The notes under the pieces: generated by a model
Told to the model about the DNA's origin: nothing
Databases searched by the model: none
What the model saw: the letters and a program-made list of their open reading frames with translations, nothing else
Source: Nitrosopumilus cobalaminigenes
Lineage (GTDB): Archaea > Thermoproteota > Nitrososphaeria > Nitrososphaerales > Nitrosopumilaceae
DNA: 32,000 bases
Direction: 5' to 3'
NCBI RefSeq assembly: GCF_013407145.1
Contig: NZ_CP026993.1
Coordinates: forward strand, 858,590-890,589
Shown: in pieces, positions 8,887 through 17,033 of the stretch
Layout: every line of letters begins with the position of its first letter
Numbering within the stretch: position 1 is the stretch's first letter
Made by a program: the position numbers and the translations under genes

Positions 8887-10200
8887 CTATTCAGTATTAA
8901 AGAAGGGTAAATAATCAATATTCAAAATAAATGGGAATACGCCATAGTTACTATTCCCAACTAATATTCCATCATGTCTTGGTAGAGAAAGGTATGTTTG
9001 AGCAAGTCCAACTTCAGTTTCAGTAACAATATCAATTAGAACATTAGACACGTTTAATGAAATTTCATATTCATAAATGATGATATTTTTTAAAGACAAA
9101 TCATGATCGTGAGTATAAATATCCAATAATTTTTCACTGAGAACTATCTCAACAGAACTATCACCTTCCTTGATAAATGAAGTTAATGCCGAAACAATTT
9201 CAGGGCTAATCGTAGTCAGAACAATACTTTTTATTTTTTTATCAGAAATTGTTTTAAATTCAGTTATTGCTTTTTCGTTGGATTTATACGAATTCAAAGA
9301 ATCAATTACAATTATTCCATTCTCGCCCTCAATGAATATGCTAGAAGATTTATCAAAATCAATAATGGACCAAATGCCATCTGCAATTCGTTGAATTTTT
9401 GGAAAATCAGAATCATCAATCAAATTATTTTCAACAGGTAAAGTTTGTTCATCCTCAACAGGTAAAGTTTGTTCATCCTCAACAGGTAAAGTTTGTTCAT
9501 CCTCAACAGGTAAAGTTTGTTCATCCTCAACAGGTAAAGTTTGTTCATCCTCAACAGGTAAAGTTTGTTCATCCTCAACAGGTAAAGTTTGTTCATCCTC
9601 AACAGGTAAAGTTTGTTCATCCTCAACAGGTAAAGTTTGTTCATCCTCAACAGGTAAAGTTTGTTCATCCTCAACAGAATCAGTTACTGTAAAAACATCA
9701 CCAGGGTCAATCTCAAGAACATGGTCTTGTGGTTTTTCAGTTTCAACAATTTCAGCCATTCCTAATCGCTCCCAAGTTAGGGCTGTAAACATATTTGCAC
9801 AAATCGTATCTCGATATGAAAATTGATATATCAAAACTTGGCCACCTCTACATTCAGAAGTATAATTTACTTCAGGTGATTTCACTGGTGGTGGAGGAGG
9901 GGCACCAGGATATTTTTCTTCATATGATGCAATATCAATTTCAGATTCATCCTTCTCAGTAGAAGTAGAATTTTGAACAATTTCAGCAATACCTAATTCT
10001 GCCCATCTTTCAGCAGTGGTTGGATCTACACAGATAAAATCAAGATATGTAGAGCGGTAAACTAGACTTTGATCATCTCTACATCCAGCCATAAGATCCT
10101 CCTGTGCCTCAGATTCCACAGAAGCATAAGAAAAAGAAACAAAGATAGAAGTAAATAAAATCACCATAATGGCCAAGAATGAGAAAGTCCTAGTCATCAT
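8887..10200 (-). CDS. secreted acidic protein with (VEDEQTLP)x10 repeat and a duplicated Cys-bracketed module
   Basis: 437-aa ORF with an N-terminal signal/TM. A 36-aa module occurs twice (C..Q.L.Y.S.Y.D.IC......W..LG.AEIV). There is a PPPPP linker and ten perfect octapeptide repeats. Confidence 0.75.
   Translation of the reverse strand: MMTRTFSFLAIMVILFTSIFVSFSYASVESEAQEDLMAGCRDDQSLVYRSTYLDFICVDPTTAERWAELGIAEIVQNSTSTEKDESEIDIASYEEKYPGAPPPPPVKSPEVNYTSECRGGQVLIYQFSYRDTICANMFTALTWERLGMAEIVETEKPQDHVLEIDPGDVFTVTDSVEDEQTLPVEDEQTLPVEDEQTLPVEDEQTLPVEDEQTLPVEDEQTLPVEDEQTLPVEDEQTLPVEDEQTLPVEDEQTLPVENNLIDDSDFPKIQRIADGIWSIIDFDKSSSIFIEGENGIIVIDSLNSYKSNEKAITEFKTISDKKIKSIVLTTISPEIVSALTSFIKEGDSSVEIVLSEKLLDIYTHDHDLSLKNIIIYEYEISLNVSNVLIDIVTETEVGLAQTYLSLPRHDGILVGNSNYGVFPFILNIDYLPFFNTE
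9431..9677. repeat. perfect 24-bp tandem repeat x10 (plus a 7-nt partial copy), in-frame within CDS 8887..10200
   Basis: The unit TCAACAGGTAAAGTTTGTTCATCC repeats head to tail from 9431 to 9670 with no substitution visible. It is open in several frames, which explains the spurious ORFs 9399..9692 and 9420..9674. Confidence 0.95.
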
Positions 10201-10402
10201 ATAGTGAAGTTAGTAGTCAATTTCGATATATCCATCTAGGTGTAATATTCTCACTCATACTGTTTTTTTGGTTTAGTCTATCAAAGATACAAAATAGACA
10301 ATTTTTAAGAAAAATCTGAAATTGATCGTGCAAATTTTTGACATCTAAGAGAATTTTGGTTATTCATAACTGATTACTTGAAAAAAGATCAAAAAAGAAG
10401 TA

Positions 10403-11677
10403 TTGGAATCATCTGAAATCATTTCAAAGCTTCAAGATAGTCTAGAAATGGATTATGGAGATCAAGGAAGAACTCTATACATTATTGAAAAATTAGAAAA
10501 AAATGCTCAATTACCAAAGTCAGATTTCCTATACATTGAAAGAATGATAGAATTATGCAAGCCTATTTTTGAAGAGCCAGTGAAGGAGGAAATTATTGAA
10601 AACATTCTATCTGAAGATCTGATAAAATGTTATCATTGTGATTTAGAAATAGGATTAACTGAAAAATCAATAAGAAAAAATGAATTTTGGTTTCATGAAA
10701 AATGCTTCAAAAAAATTCCAATAGTGCAAAATGAAATCAGAGAAAAACCTATCATAGTTCAAAAAGAACCCAGACCACAAATCAAAATTATACAAGAGAA
10801 AAGATCACATCCTCAAATGGTATTTTCTGGAGTATTACTAGCATCGCTAGTAGGTACAACATATTTGGCAGCTGGCGAGATTATTGCCACCATTGTAGGG
10901 GTTTGCGGAAGTGTTTTGTATGTAACGACTTTTAAAAATCAAATAATTCAAAATAAAAAACAAAACTCAAAGTTAATCAAAACAGGAATTCCAGGATTTG
11001 ATTCAACATTATCTGAAGGTATCAAAAAGAACAGTTCTGTTCTAGTTTCAGGGCCACCAGGTAGTGGAAAAACCACATTTGGATTACAATTCATTTATTC
11101 GGGTGCAAAAGAGTTTGATGAACCAGGAGTATACATTTCATTATCACAAGGAATTAATGAAATCAAAAATGATTGCAAATCGTTTGGATGGGACATTGAA
11201 AATTTGATAGAGAAAGGGAAAATATTATTGATAGACTTGAGACCATTTAAAATCAAAGACGAAGTCGTAGGCAAAGATGATTCTCTGTATAGAGCAGAGC
11301 AAATACCATTCGAACATTTGAACAAATTCATCTTAAACAGCATTAAAAAAATCAAAGCTAAAAGGATAGTTGTTGATTCTATCTCCATTTTAGGAATGCA
11401 GTATTCTGATAAATTCCACATGAGACAAGGATTACAAGGAATGATTCAATCAGTAGAGAATTTTAATGTCACATCATTACTTGTTTCAGAAAATTCTGAG
11501 GGTAGCATACCACCTGAATCATTTGTAACCTCAGGAATCATCCAATTAGACAATCAAATTGTCAATAATCAGATGAAGAGAACCATACGAATTAAAAAAT
11601 TACGAGGAGTAGAACATGATGAGAATGTGCACTCTTTAGATTTAGATAGCAATGGATTGTACGTTTATGAGAATTAA
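10403..11677 (+). CDS. KaiC/RecA-superfamily ATPase with N-terminal GDxGR module, Cys/His cluster and TM segment
   Basis: Walker A is VLVSGPPGSGKTTFGLQF and Walker B-like is RIVVDSIS. The C-terminal KaiC/RadA-like core follows a hydrophobic segment (VFSGVLLASLVGTTYLAAGEIIATIVGVCGSVLYV). TTG start in the track. Confidence 0.8.
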   Translation: MESSEIISKLQDSLEMDYGDQGRTLYIIEKLEKNAQLPKSDFLYIERMIELCKPIFEEPVKEEIIENILSEDLIKCYHCDLEIGLTEKSIRKNEFWFHEKCFKKIPIVQNEIREKPIIVQKEPRPQIKIIQEKRSHPQMVFSGVLLASLVGTTYLAAGEIIATIVGVCGSVLYVTTFKNQIIQNKKQNSKLIKTGIPGFDSTLSEGIKKNSSVLVSGPPGSGKTTFGLQFIYSGAKEFDEPGVYISLSQGINEIKNDCKSFGWDIENLIEKGKILLIDLRPFKIKDEVVGKDDSLYRAEQIPFEHLNKFILNSIKKIKAKRIVVDSISILGMQYSDKFHMRQGLQGMIQSVENFNVTSLLVSENSEGSIPPESFVTSGIIQLDNQIVNNQMKRTIRIKKLRGVEHDENVHSLDLDSNGLYVYEN

Positions 11678-11857
11678 GATTCATTGTCAGACTCTGAAGA
11701 TTCAGCCAGTTTCTTTCTGACAGCATCTGCAACTTCTTGTTTTAGCTTGTCTTCTTCTTCAACAAGTTCTTTTTTGAATTTTTTTTCCCAGTAATTTTTT
11801 ACCATACCTAATGCTGATTCTGATCGCTTGGAAATAAGGGCATCGAAGATTCTGAGC

Positions 11858-12442
11858 CTAGGAAATTATCTTTAGAGGATCAGAGTTTGTAATTTCATTT
11901 ATTGTAACATACATCTGAAATTGGCCCCCTTCAGTTTTGACTGAAAAATTATCAATTACTGAACAGTATTTTTTGTTGTGTTCAAAATCTGTCAAATCAC
12001 TAGTTGCAAGTAATCCGTGAGATATCAGATATGAGATATTCTCAGACACAATACTTGGTTCAAGATTAGTTCGTGAGGCAATCTCCCAGATTGTGAGAGG
12101 ATAGTCAAATGCAATGTCTAGGATTTGCTTTTTCACATCATCCTCAAAGGAAGTTAAAATTGCATTTTTGATTGATTCGTCTTTGATTTCTACGGTGTGT
12201 TCAGATTTTGATTGTAATGTACAAATTGCATCTAGTGTTTTTTTAATTATAGGAGTTCCATCATCACCTAAAACTTGTGCTGTAATTGATTGGAATTTTT
12301 CAAAATCTTTGATAGAGGATAATAAGGTCATATGGTATTTTTCAAACACTGAATCTTTGATTTTTGTTACATCATCATTGTCTACAAAATCGTAAAACTT
12401 TTTCTCAAAAGAAGTGGCTAGGAGAGTCTCCATTGAGGTCAT
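11858..12442 (-). CDS. putative wHTH transcriptional regulator (194 aa)
   Basis: The C-terminal half PLTIWEIASRTNLEPSIVSENISYLISHGLL is wHTH-like. There is a 4-nt overlap with the upstream gene. Confidence 0.6.
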   Translation of the reverse strand: MTSMETLLATSFEKKFYDFVDNDDVTKIKDSVFEKYHMTLLSSIKDFEKFQSITAQVLGDDGTPIIKKTLDAICTLQSKSEHTVEIKDESIKNAILTSFEDDVKKQILDIAFDYPLTIWEIASRTNLEPSIVSENISYLISHGLLATSDLTDFEHNKKYCSVIDNFSVKTEGGQFQMYVTINEITNSDPLKIIS

Positions 12443-12954
12443 GGATATATGGGCTCTCCTATTGGAAGTTTTGGTAAACGCGATAAATTTACCTGAAGTC
12501 GTATTTGACTTATTTTTGTAGATACGCTAAACTCAGCCTTTGAGATTATCTTGTCATATAGACGGACACGTTTTGTAGATTTAGTGTATCCAACTGGCAA
12601 AATAAAGCCATCTTGCAACAACTCATTGAACTTTCGATAAGCTGAAGATTGCGATGCACCACATTGATTTAACATCTCGTCTTTCGATATGGGGCTATCA
12701 ATTAACAACAAGATATGGCGCTTTACTGGATCTGAATAAATTCCAATAATCTTTTCAGCTAGGTTGTGTTCGTGGAGTTCAATCCAAAGTGCATAATCAT
12801 GATCTTTTAGAATCGTCAATGCGGCCTTTACAGTGGACTTTGGAAGCTTGTTTTCACAAGCAAGCATAGCTCGTTGTCCTGGCTCTAGATGATTATTTGC
12901 ATTTCTTATTGTATCCATGCACAATAGTTGAGAGAACTGGTTTGGCATTACCAT
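12439..12954 (-). CDS. putative wHTH transcriptional regulator (171 aa)
   Basis: PISKDEMLNQCGASQSSAYRKFNELLQDGFI is wHTH-like. It is the first gene of a 2-gene operon. Confidence 0.6.
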   Translation of the reverse strand: MVMPNQFSQLLCMDTIRNANNHLEPGQRAMLACENKLPKSTVKAALTILKDHDYALWIELHEHNLAEKIIGIYSDPVKRHILLLIDSPISKDEMLNQCGASQSSAYRKFNELLQDGFILPVGYTKSTKRVRLYDKIISKAEFSVSTKISQIRLQVNLSRLPKLPIGEPIYP

Positions 12955-13058
12955 ACAATAGGTGAAAATGATACTTAAGAAATGCTACATTTTCCTATTT
13001 ATGAGAAAAAATTTTTCTTTTAAATAATTGAGTCATTTTAGGTACAAAAAGAGGGGAA

Positions 13059-13358
13059 TTATCCCCGTCCGATTGCAGCATATTTTCCTTTTTTGCCTCT
13101 GATGAAAAGAGTTGCAGCAATCCCTCCAAATATTCCACCTGAGAGTAATGATGCACCTAAGACACCATCAGCAGCAAAATATGGAGTACCAGAACCTTTA
13201 GCACCATCTTTTGTAGCAATCTCTACTTTGTTTTTTGCAGTTTCCATCTCATTGTATAGTCCTTTTTCCAGAACATCATACTGTGCAAATGCTGGTTGTG
13301 ATAATGTAACCATCATTGTTACAACAAACAGTCCTGAAAGGATTGTGTATTTTCGCAT
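13059..13358 (-). CDS. small secreted/membrane-anchored protein
   Basis: The internal start at M17 gives a canonical signal peptide, MRKYTILSGLFVVTMMVTLSQPAFA. A Gly-rich C-terminal TM helix and a basic tail follow. The track ORF extends to 13406. Confidence 0.5.
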   Translation of the reverse strand: MRKYTILSGLFVVTMMVTLSQPAFAQYDVLEKGLYNEMETAKNKVEIATKDGAKGSGTPYFAADGVLGASLLSGGIFGGIAATLFIRGKKGKYAAIGRG

Positions 13359-13456
13359 GAGGATGTAATGTAAAAATGATATAAAAAATGGAAAACGTTT
13401 TCCCAAAGAAAATAATTTCTTATTCTTGTTTTATAGAATAAGAGACAATTTATGGT

Positions 13457-14554
13457 ATGAATAAGAAATATGTTACAATTAGTCTAATGTTGGTTCTAGT
13501 TTCATTTGTAGTACCAGCCCATGCAGTTCAATTAGATGTTGCAATCCCTAAAGGTTCTGAAGAATTTTCACCAGTATACACATTTACAAGAATTATATCA
13601 ATTCAATATTCTGAAGACAGTAGACTAGCAGAACTATTTGGCGATGTACAGCAAAAAATATTATTTGATTTAGATTCTAAAAATGCTGCTGTTTTAATTG
13701 AGAAAATAAACTTACAATTAGCAGAAAAATCATTTGTTATAGTTGATGATGTATCAGGAGAATATTCGGCTACTATAACTCCACAGGTAAAATCAGTATC
13801 AATAGAATACAAGATTACAATACAGCCAACCATGAAAGGTCATTTCATTTCAGATAATGTACTGGATGCACAATGGAGAGGATTTGAGATATTAGATAAA
13901 GTTCCAATAGAGACAGAATATGGAATTATAGACATCAACTCTCCAATGGCAGCAGTTTCACAAATGCCTGAATTGAAACAGTATCTCTCAGACTCAGAGG
14001 CCATGCAGGTTCTAGAGTTGAGTATTCTAGACGCATCAGGGTTAGAACTGTCACTATCTAGTTGGGAATCGATGTTTGATCCTACAGGAAAGATGAGTGA
14101 GGCAGAAGAATATGGATTTTCAGGCACAGTTATCACAAATTATTCCATGGGAATCTGCACCGTATACCGCGGAGTTTGTCAAGACAGAGACATTTCTGTG
14201 TCATTTGAGAGAGATGGAGAAGAGTATTCCATTCGCTCAATAGAATCCCAGGATGATGGTACCATAGTCATTGATGGATATGTTCAAGAAAGCAGTGGAA
14301 GAACAGAGTCATTTCTTGTTACGGATGATAGGCCAGAAAATAGGCCACCAGAAGAAGGGCAAATTCCAATTTTGTATACAGCCTCTGGCGCAGGCATTGC
14401 AATTGCTGCAGGCTTTTTTGTCTGGAGTGACAAGAAATCAAAAAAGATCAGTACGGAGCAAACAGGTATTGACCCAAGTGATTTGTTTTCAGTAGCCATT
14501 GGCAGTGCTGCGGGAAGTTACCAAACTAATAGGGGTACTGCAGAACTGCGATAA
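13457..14554 (+). CDS. secreted protein with C-terminal TM anchor (365 aa), function unknown
   Basis: Signal peptide MNKKYVTISLMLVLVSFVVPAHA, then a large extracellular region, then the TM helix GAGIAIAAGFFVW near the C-terminus. Confidence 0.65.
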   Translation: MNKKYVTISLMLVLVSFVVPAHAVQLDVAIPKGSEEFSPVYTFTRIISIQYSEDSRLAELFGDVQQKILFDLDSKNAAVLIEKINLQLAEKSFVIVDDVSGEYSATITPQVKSVSIEYKITIQPTMKGHFISDNVLDAQWRGFEILDKVPIETEYGIIDINSPMAAVSQMPELKQYLSDSEAMQVLELSILDASGLELSLSSWESMFDPTGKMSEAEEYGFSGTVITNYSMGICTVYRGVCQDRDISVSFERDGEEYSIRSIESQDDGTIVIDGYVQESSGRTESFLVTDDRPENRPPEEGQIPILYTASGAGIAIAAGFFVWSDKKSKKISTEQTGIDPSDLFSVAIGSAAGSYQTNRGTAELR

Positions 14555-14692
14555 CTCACTGATGAATCGTCCATCGGGGTTAAATAGAAATTTTGAAAGA
14601 CAAATTACCTAACACACCGTGAGATTTGATGAGTAATCATCAAATTTCATGAATTTGTATTCTAAAAAAATAAAAAAGAAAAATCAATCACA

Positions 14693-15106
14693 CTATTTTG
14701 TTTGTGTGAAAGGAGTTACCCAGGTTTGGATAATGTTTTTGTTTAGTTCAGCAAATGCATTAACGTTGTCGTTAAATGTTTTGAAATTTTGAACAGTTGC
14801 TTCAAAGGCAGTTTTTACCATTTGATTATTAACTGTACTTGCTTGAACAAATTGCTTGTTGGTATCAACGATTGCAGTTTTTGCAGAGTCTGGAATTTCA
14901 GTGTTGATTCCTGCTTTCTTTGCAAATTCTTGTTGCATTGATACTGTAGCGTTAATTGTTTTTTGACAAGTTTTCATACATTCGTTTTGCAATTCTGTTG
15001 CAGATTGAAAATATTGTGGGGTTAGTTTTGTAACATTTTCAAAGTATTTCTGAACATTTTGCGTGTACATTGCAAATGCATCGTTGTTTTGAGATTGTGT
15101 ACTCAT
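14693..15106 (-). CDS. Q/N/T-rich all-helical protein (137 aa), function unknown
   Basis: Clean ORF with no competing frames. No recognised domain. Confidence 0.6.
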   Translation of the reverse strand: MSTQSQNNDAFAMYTQNVQKYFENVTKLTPQYFQSATELQNECMKTCQKTINATVSMQQEFAKKAGINTEIPDSAKTAIVDTNKQFVQASTVNNQMVKTAFEATVQNFKTFNDNVNAFAELNKNIIQTWVTPFTQTK

Positions 15107-15212
15107 AGTTTGAGGACTACATCACTGGTATATATACTATTGGTAATGAGTGGTAATGAGAGTCATTGAATGGTGTATAATGAGCAATTTTGGCGAGTAT
15201 AGACGTGAAGAA

Positions 15213-15282
15213 TGTTTGTTCAAATGCACAAACAGGTGTTTGTTCAAATGCACAAACAGGTGTTTGTTCAAATGCACAAACA
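15213..15282. repeat. 24-bp tandem repeat x2.9; each unit contains a palindrome (TGTTTG-N10-CAAACA)
   Basis: TGTTTGTTCAAATGCACAAACAGG is repeated at 15213, 15237 and 15261. The array is intergenic, ~55 nt upstream of the ATG at 15339. Confidence 0.9.
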
Positions 15283-15338
15283 TTTCAGGAAATCAAGAAG
15301 GATATTATATCAAATTCTTAATTCAAAAATTGTTCAAA

Positions 15339-15449
15339 ATGGATAAACGTGATGCAATGGTATTAGCAGGAATTTTTGTCGCCGGAGGAACGGTTGTAGG
15401 ATTGGTAGTTCTCTTGTCAAATGGGTTGATCAAAAATCCATTCATCTAA
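15339..15449 (+). CDS. possible tiny single-TM protein (36 aa)
   Basis: The internal ATG of track ORF 15150..15449 gives MDKRDAMVLAGIFVAGGTVVGLVVLLSNG. The upstream part of the track ORF is just the translated repeat. Confidence 0.3.
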   Translation: MDKRDAMVLAGIFVAGGTVVGLVVLLSNGLIKNPFI

Positions 15450-15490
15450 GAGATTAAGTTTAATATTCTAAATTAAAGAACTGAATATCT

Positions 15491-15715
15491 ATGAATTTTA
15501 TTACAAAAAAAGTCCTAGAAATGCAATACAAGAAACTAGATGATTCTAAAAAGAGATTAAATCAACATTTAGAGAAAAGGGAATCTCTAGTTAATTCTGA
15601 TTCTAAAAAAGAACTTGAAAAAATTGAAAAATATATTGAAATTTGGAAAAAGAATATTAAAAAAATAGAAAAAGAGATTAAGAAAATAGAAGACAAGGAA
15701 TTAAATTCTGAATAA
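15491..15715 (+). CDS. hypothetical K/E-rich coiled-coil protein (74 aa)
   Basis: ORF only. Confidence 0.4.
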   Translation: MNFITKKVLEMQYKKLDDSKKRLNQHLEKRESLVNSDSKKELEKIEKYIEIWKKNIKKIEKEIKKIEDKELNSE

Positions 15716-15747
15716 TTGGATTTTGAGGCTTGTTGTTGAATGAAATT

Positions 15748-15972
15748 CTAACATTTATCATCACAACCAAAATCCTTTGTTTGGTTTGCCAGCATTAATT
15801 GTCCTAGTTCTAAATCAGTAAATCCTGCTTTTTTCTTTGCGCAATCAAGACAGTATCTTTCCTCAGGGGCTACAGGGTTTTCAATAAAATTCTCCTCACC
15901 CAACACACATACGTTACAATCTATGCCTGAGCAAGTAAATTGATCTAAATGATTCTCACAATTACAAGTCAT
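15748..15972 (-). CDS. small Cys-rich protein (74 aa, 11 Cys), probable metal-binding
   Basis: CNC...C..IDC..C ... CLDC ... GCDDKC. It would be the gene immediately downstream of aEF-2 if the 14-kb insertion were removed. Confidence 0.55.
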   Translation of the reverse strand: MTCNCENHLDQFTCSGIDCNVCVLGEENFIENPVAPEERYCLDCAKKKAGFTDLELGQLMLANQTKDFGCDDKC

Positions 15973-16004
15973 TCATTGATTAGTTTTATTCCGAGGAATA
16001 TAGT

Positions 16005-16022
16005 TTATTCTTTATCGATAAA
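16005..16022. repeat. left copy of the target-site duplication (TTATTCTTTATCGATAAA)
   Basis: Identical to 30001..30018, and 19 bp long if 16004/30000 are included. The reverse complement reads F-I-D-K-E-stop, which is the aEF-2 C-terminus. Confidence 0.9.
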
Positions 16023-16060
16023 AATAGAATGCCCCCCGTTTAGGCGCTAAAACAGACAGG
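16022..16060 (+). repeat. outer left terminal inverted repeat (L1)
   Basis: AAATAGAATGCCCCCCGTTTAGGCGCTAAAACAGACAGG compared with the reverse complement of 29962..30000, AAATAGAATGCCCCCCTTTTACGCCTAATTTTAGACGGT. The first 16 nt are identical and roughly 70% match thereafter. Confidence 0.85.
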
Positions 16061-16111
16061 TAATTAGAAATCCATTTCTAACTTTAAATCATCTGAAAAT
16101 GAAAATATCTT

Positions 16112-16336
16112 ATGAAAACTTGGAAGGCATTAGTGATTTCTTCAAGTGTAATTATTGTTGCGAGTTTATTATTTTTTTATATGGTAAATTTATTGATGTT
16201 TTCTGAATCCTTTTCAGAACCAGGTAGTAGAGACAGAGATAAAATTCTCATTGGCGCGATTGGATGTCTTTTTTTTATTTTTATTGGAGTTGTTTCTCTT
16301 TTGTCTACTTTTAGATTCAGGAAATTTTCTTCATAA
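16112..16336 (+). CDS. small two-TM membrane protein (74 aa)
   Basis: The only ORF between the two left-end TIR copies. It has two hydrophobic helices. Confidence 0.45.
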   Translation: MKTWKALVISSSVIIVASLLFFYMVNLLMFSESFSEPGSRDRDKILIGAIGCLFFIFIGVVSLLSTFRFRKFSS

Positions 16337-16347
16337 GGTTCATCTTG

Positions 16348-16399
16348 AAATAGAATGCCTCCTTTCTAGGCAGGATTTTAGACGGTACTAGATGATTTT
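16348..16399 (+). repeat. second, internal left-end TIR copy (L2)
   Basis: AAATAGAATGCCTCCTTTCTAGGCAGGATTTTAGACGGTAC--TAGATGATTTT aligns over ~54 nt with the reverse complement of the right end, including the blocks ATTTTAGACGGTAC and TAGATGATTTT that L1 lacks. Confidence 0.8.
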
Positions 16400-16608
16400 C
16401 ATTTTTGGAACATTTAGGATCTTGTTATATTATTGAAGGTTCAATATACCCCATGGAAAAAAATTCAGAAGAATTTGAATCCTATGAAGAATATGATTGG
16501 ACTTCGCAAGAAGACCACGATTAATTCATAGGATGACAGATTTCTGTTTTTATTTCGCATGACATTCTGGGGCTATGGGTTTGGTATCCCTAGCCTTTTT
16601 TCATTTTC

Positions 16609-16647
16609 AAAAAGAATATTTCCACTATGCTTAAGTTCACACAAAAT
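16609..16647 (+). promoter_or_regulatory. shared promoter/leader box, copy 1 (core ATGCTTAAGTTCACACAAAAT)
   Basis: The 21-nt core at 16627..16647 is identical to 17866..17886, and the flanking AAAAAGA is also shared. The core ends 11 nt before the predicted start codon in both copies. Confidence 0.6.
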
Positions 16648-16658
16648 CCAGATAATTA

Positions 16659-17015
16659 TTGGGTTTTAAGAAAAGACGAAACAATCGTCATAACAACTAC
16701 AATAGAAAAAAAGGAGGAGCACGTCCAAAGTTAGCAGTTATTGGTGCTATCTCTTTAGTAATTGGAATTTTACTAATCCACTATGTCGGAGTGCCAGAGT
16801 TGCGTGCAGATAGAATGTCCGATAACCCTGCATTGATTGCAGGTTTTGTAGGCGTTGTGGGAGGAGTTTTGATGTTATTGCTTAGTTTGAGTAAAAGAAA
16901 TCAAGTTCGAGTGGGAAACGTAATAGATTCTGCAAGAGAGGCATTTAGAGATGATTGTATGTGTTGTAAATGCCAGAATTGTGACAGAAATCACAATCAC
17001 TGGACACATGATTAA
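16659..17015 (+). CDS. membrane protein with basic N-terminus, two TM helices and a Cys/His-rich C-terminus (118 aa)
   Basis: The TTG start aligns exactly with the ATG of 17898 relative to the shared promoter box. The C-terminus is CMCCKCQNCDRNHNHWTHD. Confidence 0.5.
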   Translation: MGFKKRRNNRHNNYNRKKGGARPKLAVIGAISLVIGILLIHYVGVPELRADRMSDNPALIAGFVGVVGGVLMLLLSLSKRNQVRVGNVIDSAREAFRDDCMCCKCQNCDRNHNHWTHD

Positions 17016-17033
17016 TTCATTTCAAATTAGATT

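Noticed and set aside
9399-9692. Track ORFs 9399..9692 (+, QQVKFVHP repeats) and 9420..9674 (-, MRMNKLYLLR repeats)
   Set aside because: Both are alternative-frame readings of the 24-bp tandem repeat inside the much longer 8887..10200 CDS. The repeat happens to lack stops in several frames.
11674-11805. Unlisted 43-aa minus-strand ORF (MVKNYWEKKFKKELVEEEDKLKQEV...SDNES) in the gap between the KaiC-like gene and 11858..12442
   Set aside because: It is plausible as a small charged helical protein and fills an otherwise empty 180-nt gap. It is below any length where composition alone is convincing, so I did not report it as a feature.
15150-15338. N-terminal 63 residues of track ORF 15150..15449 (CLFKCTNR x3)
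   Set aside because: This is the translation of the palindromic 24-bp repeat. Only the distal ATG at 15339 gives a plausible, and still weak, tiny TM peptide.
16453-16524. 23-aa acidic mini-ORF (MEKNSEEFESYEEYDWTSQEDHD) just inside the L2 repeat
   Set aside because: Too short to support without conservation or expression data.
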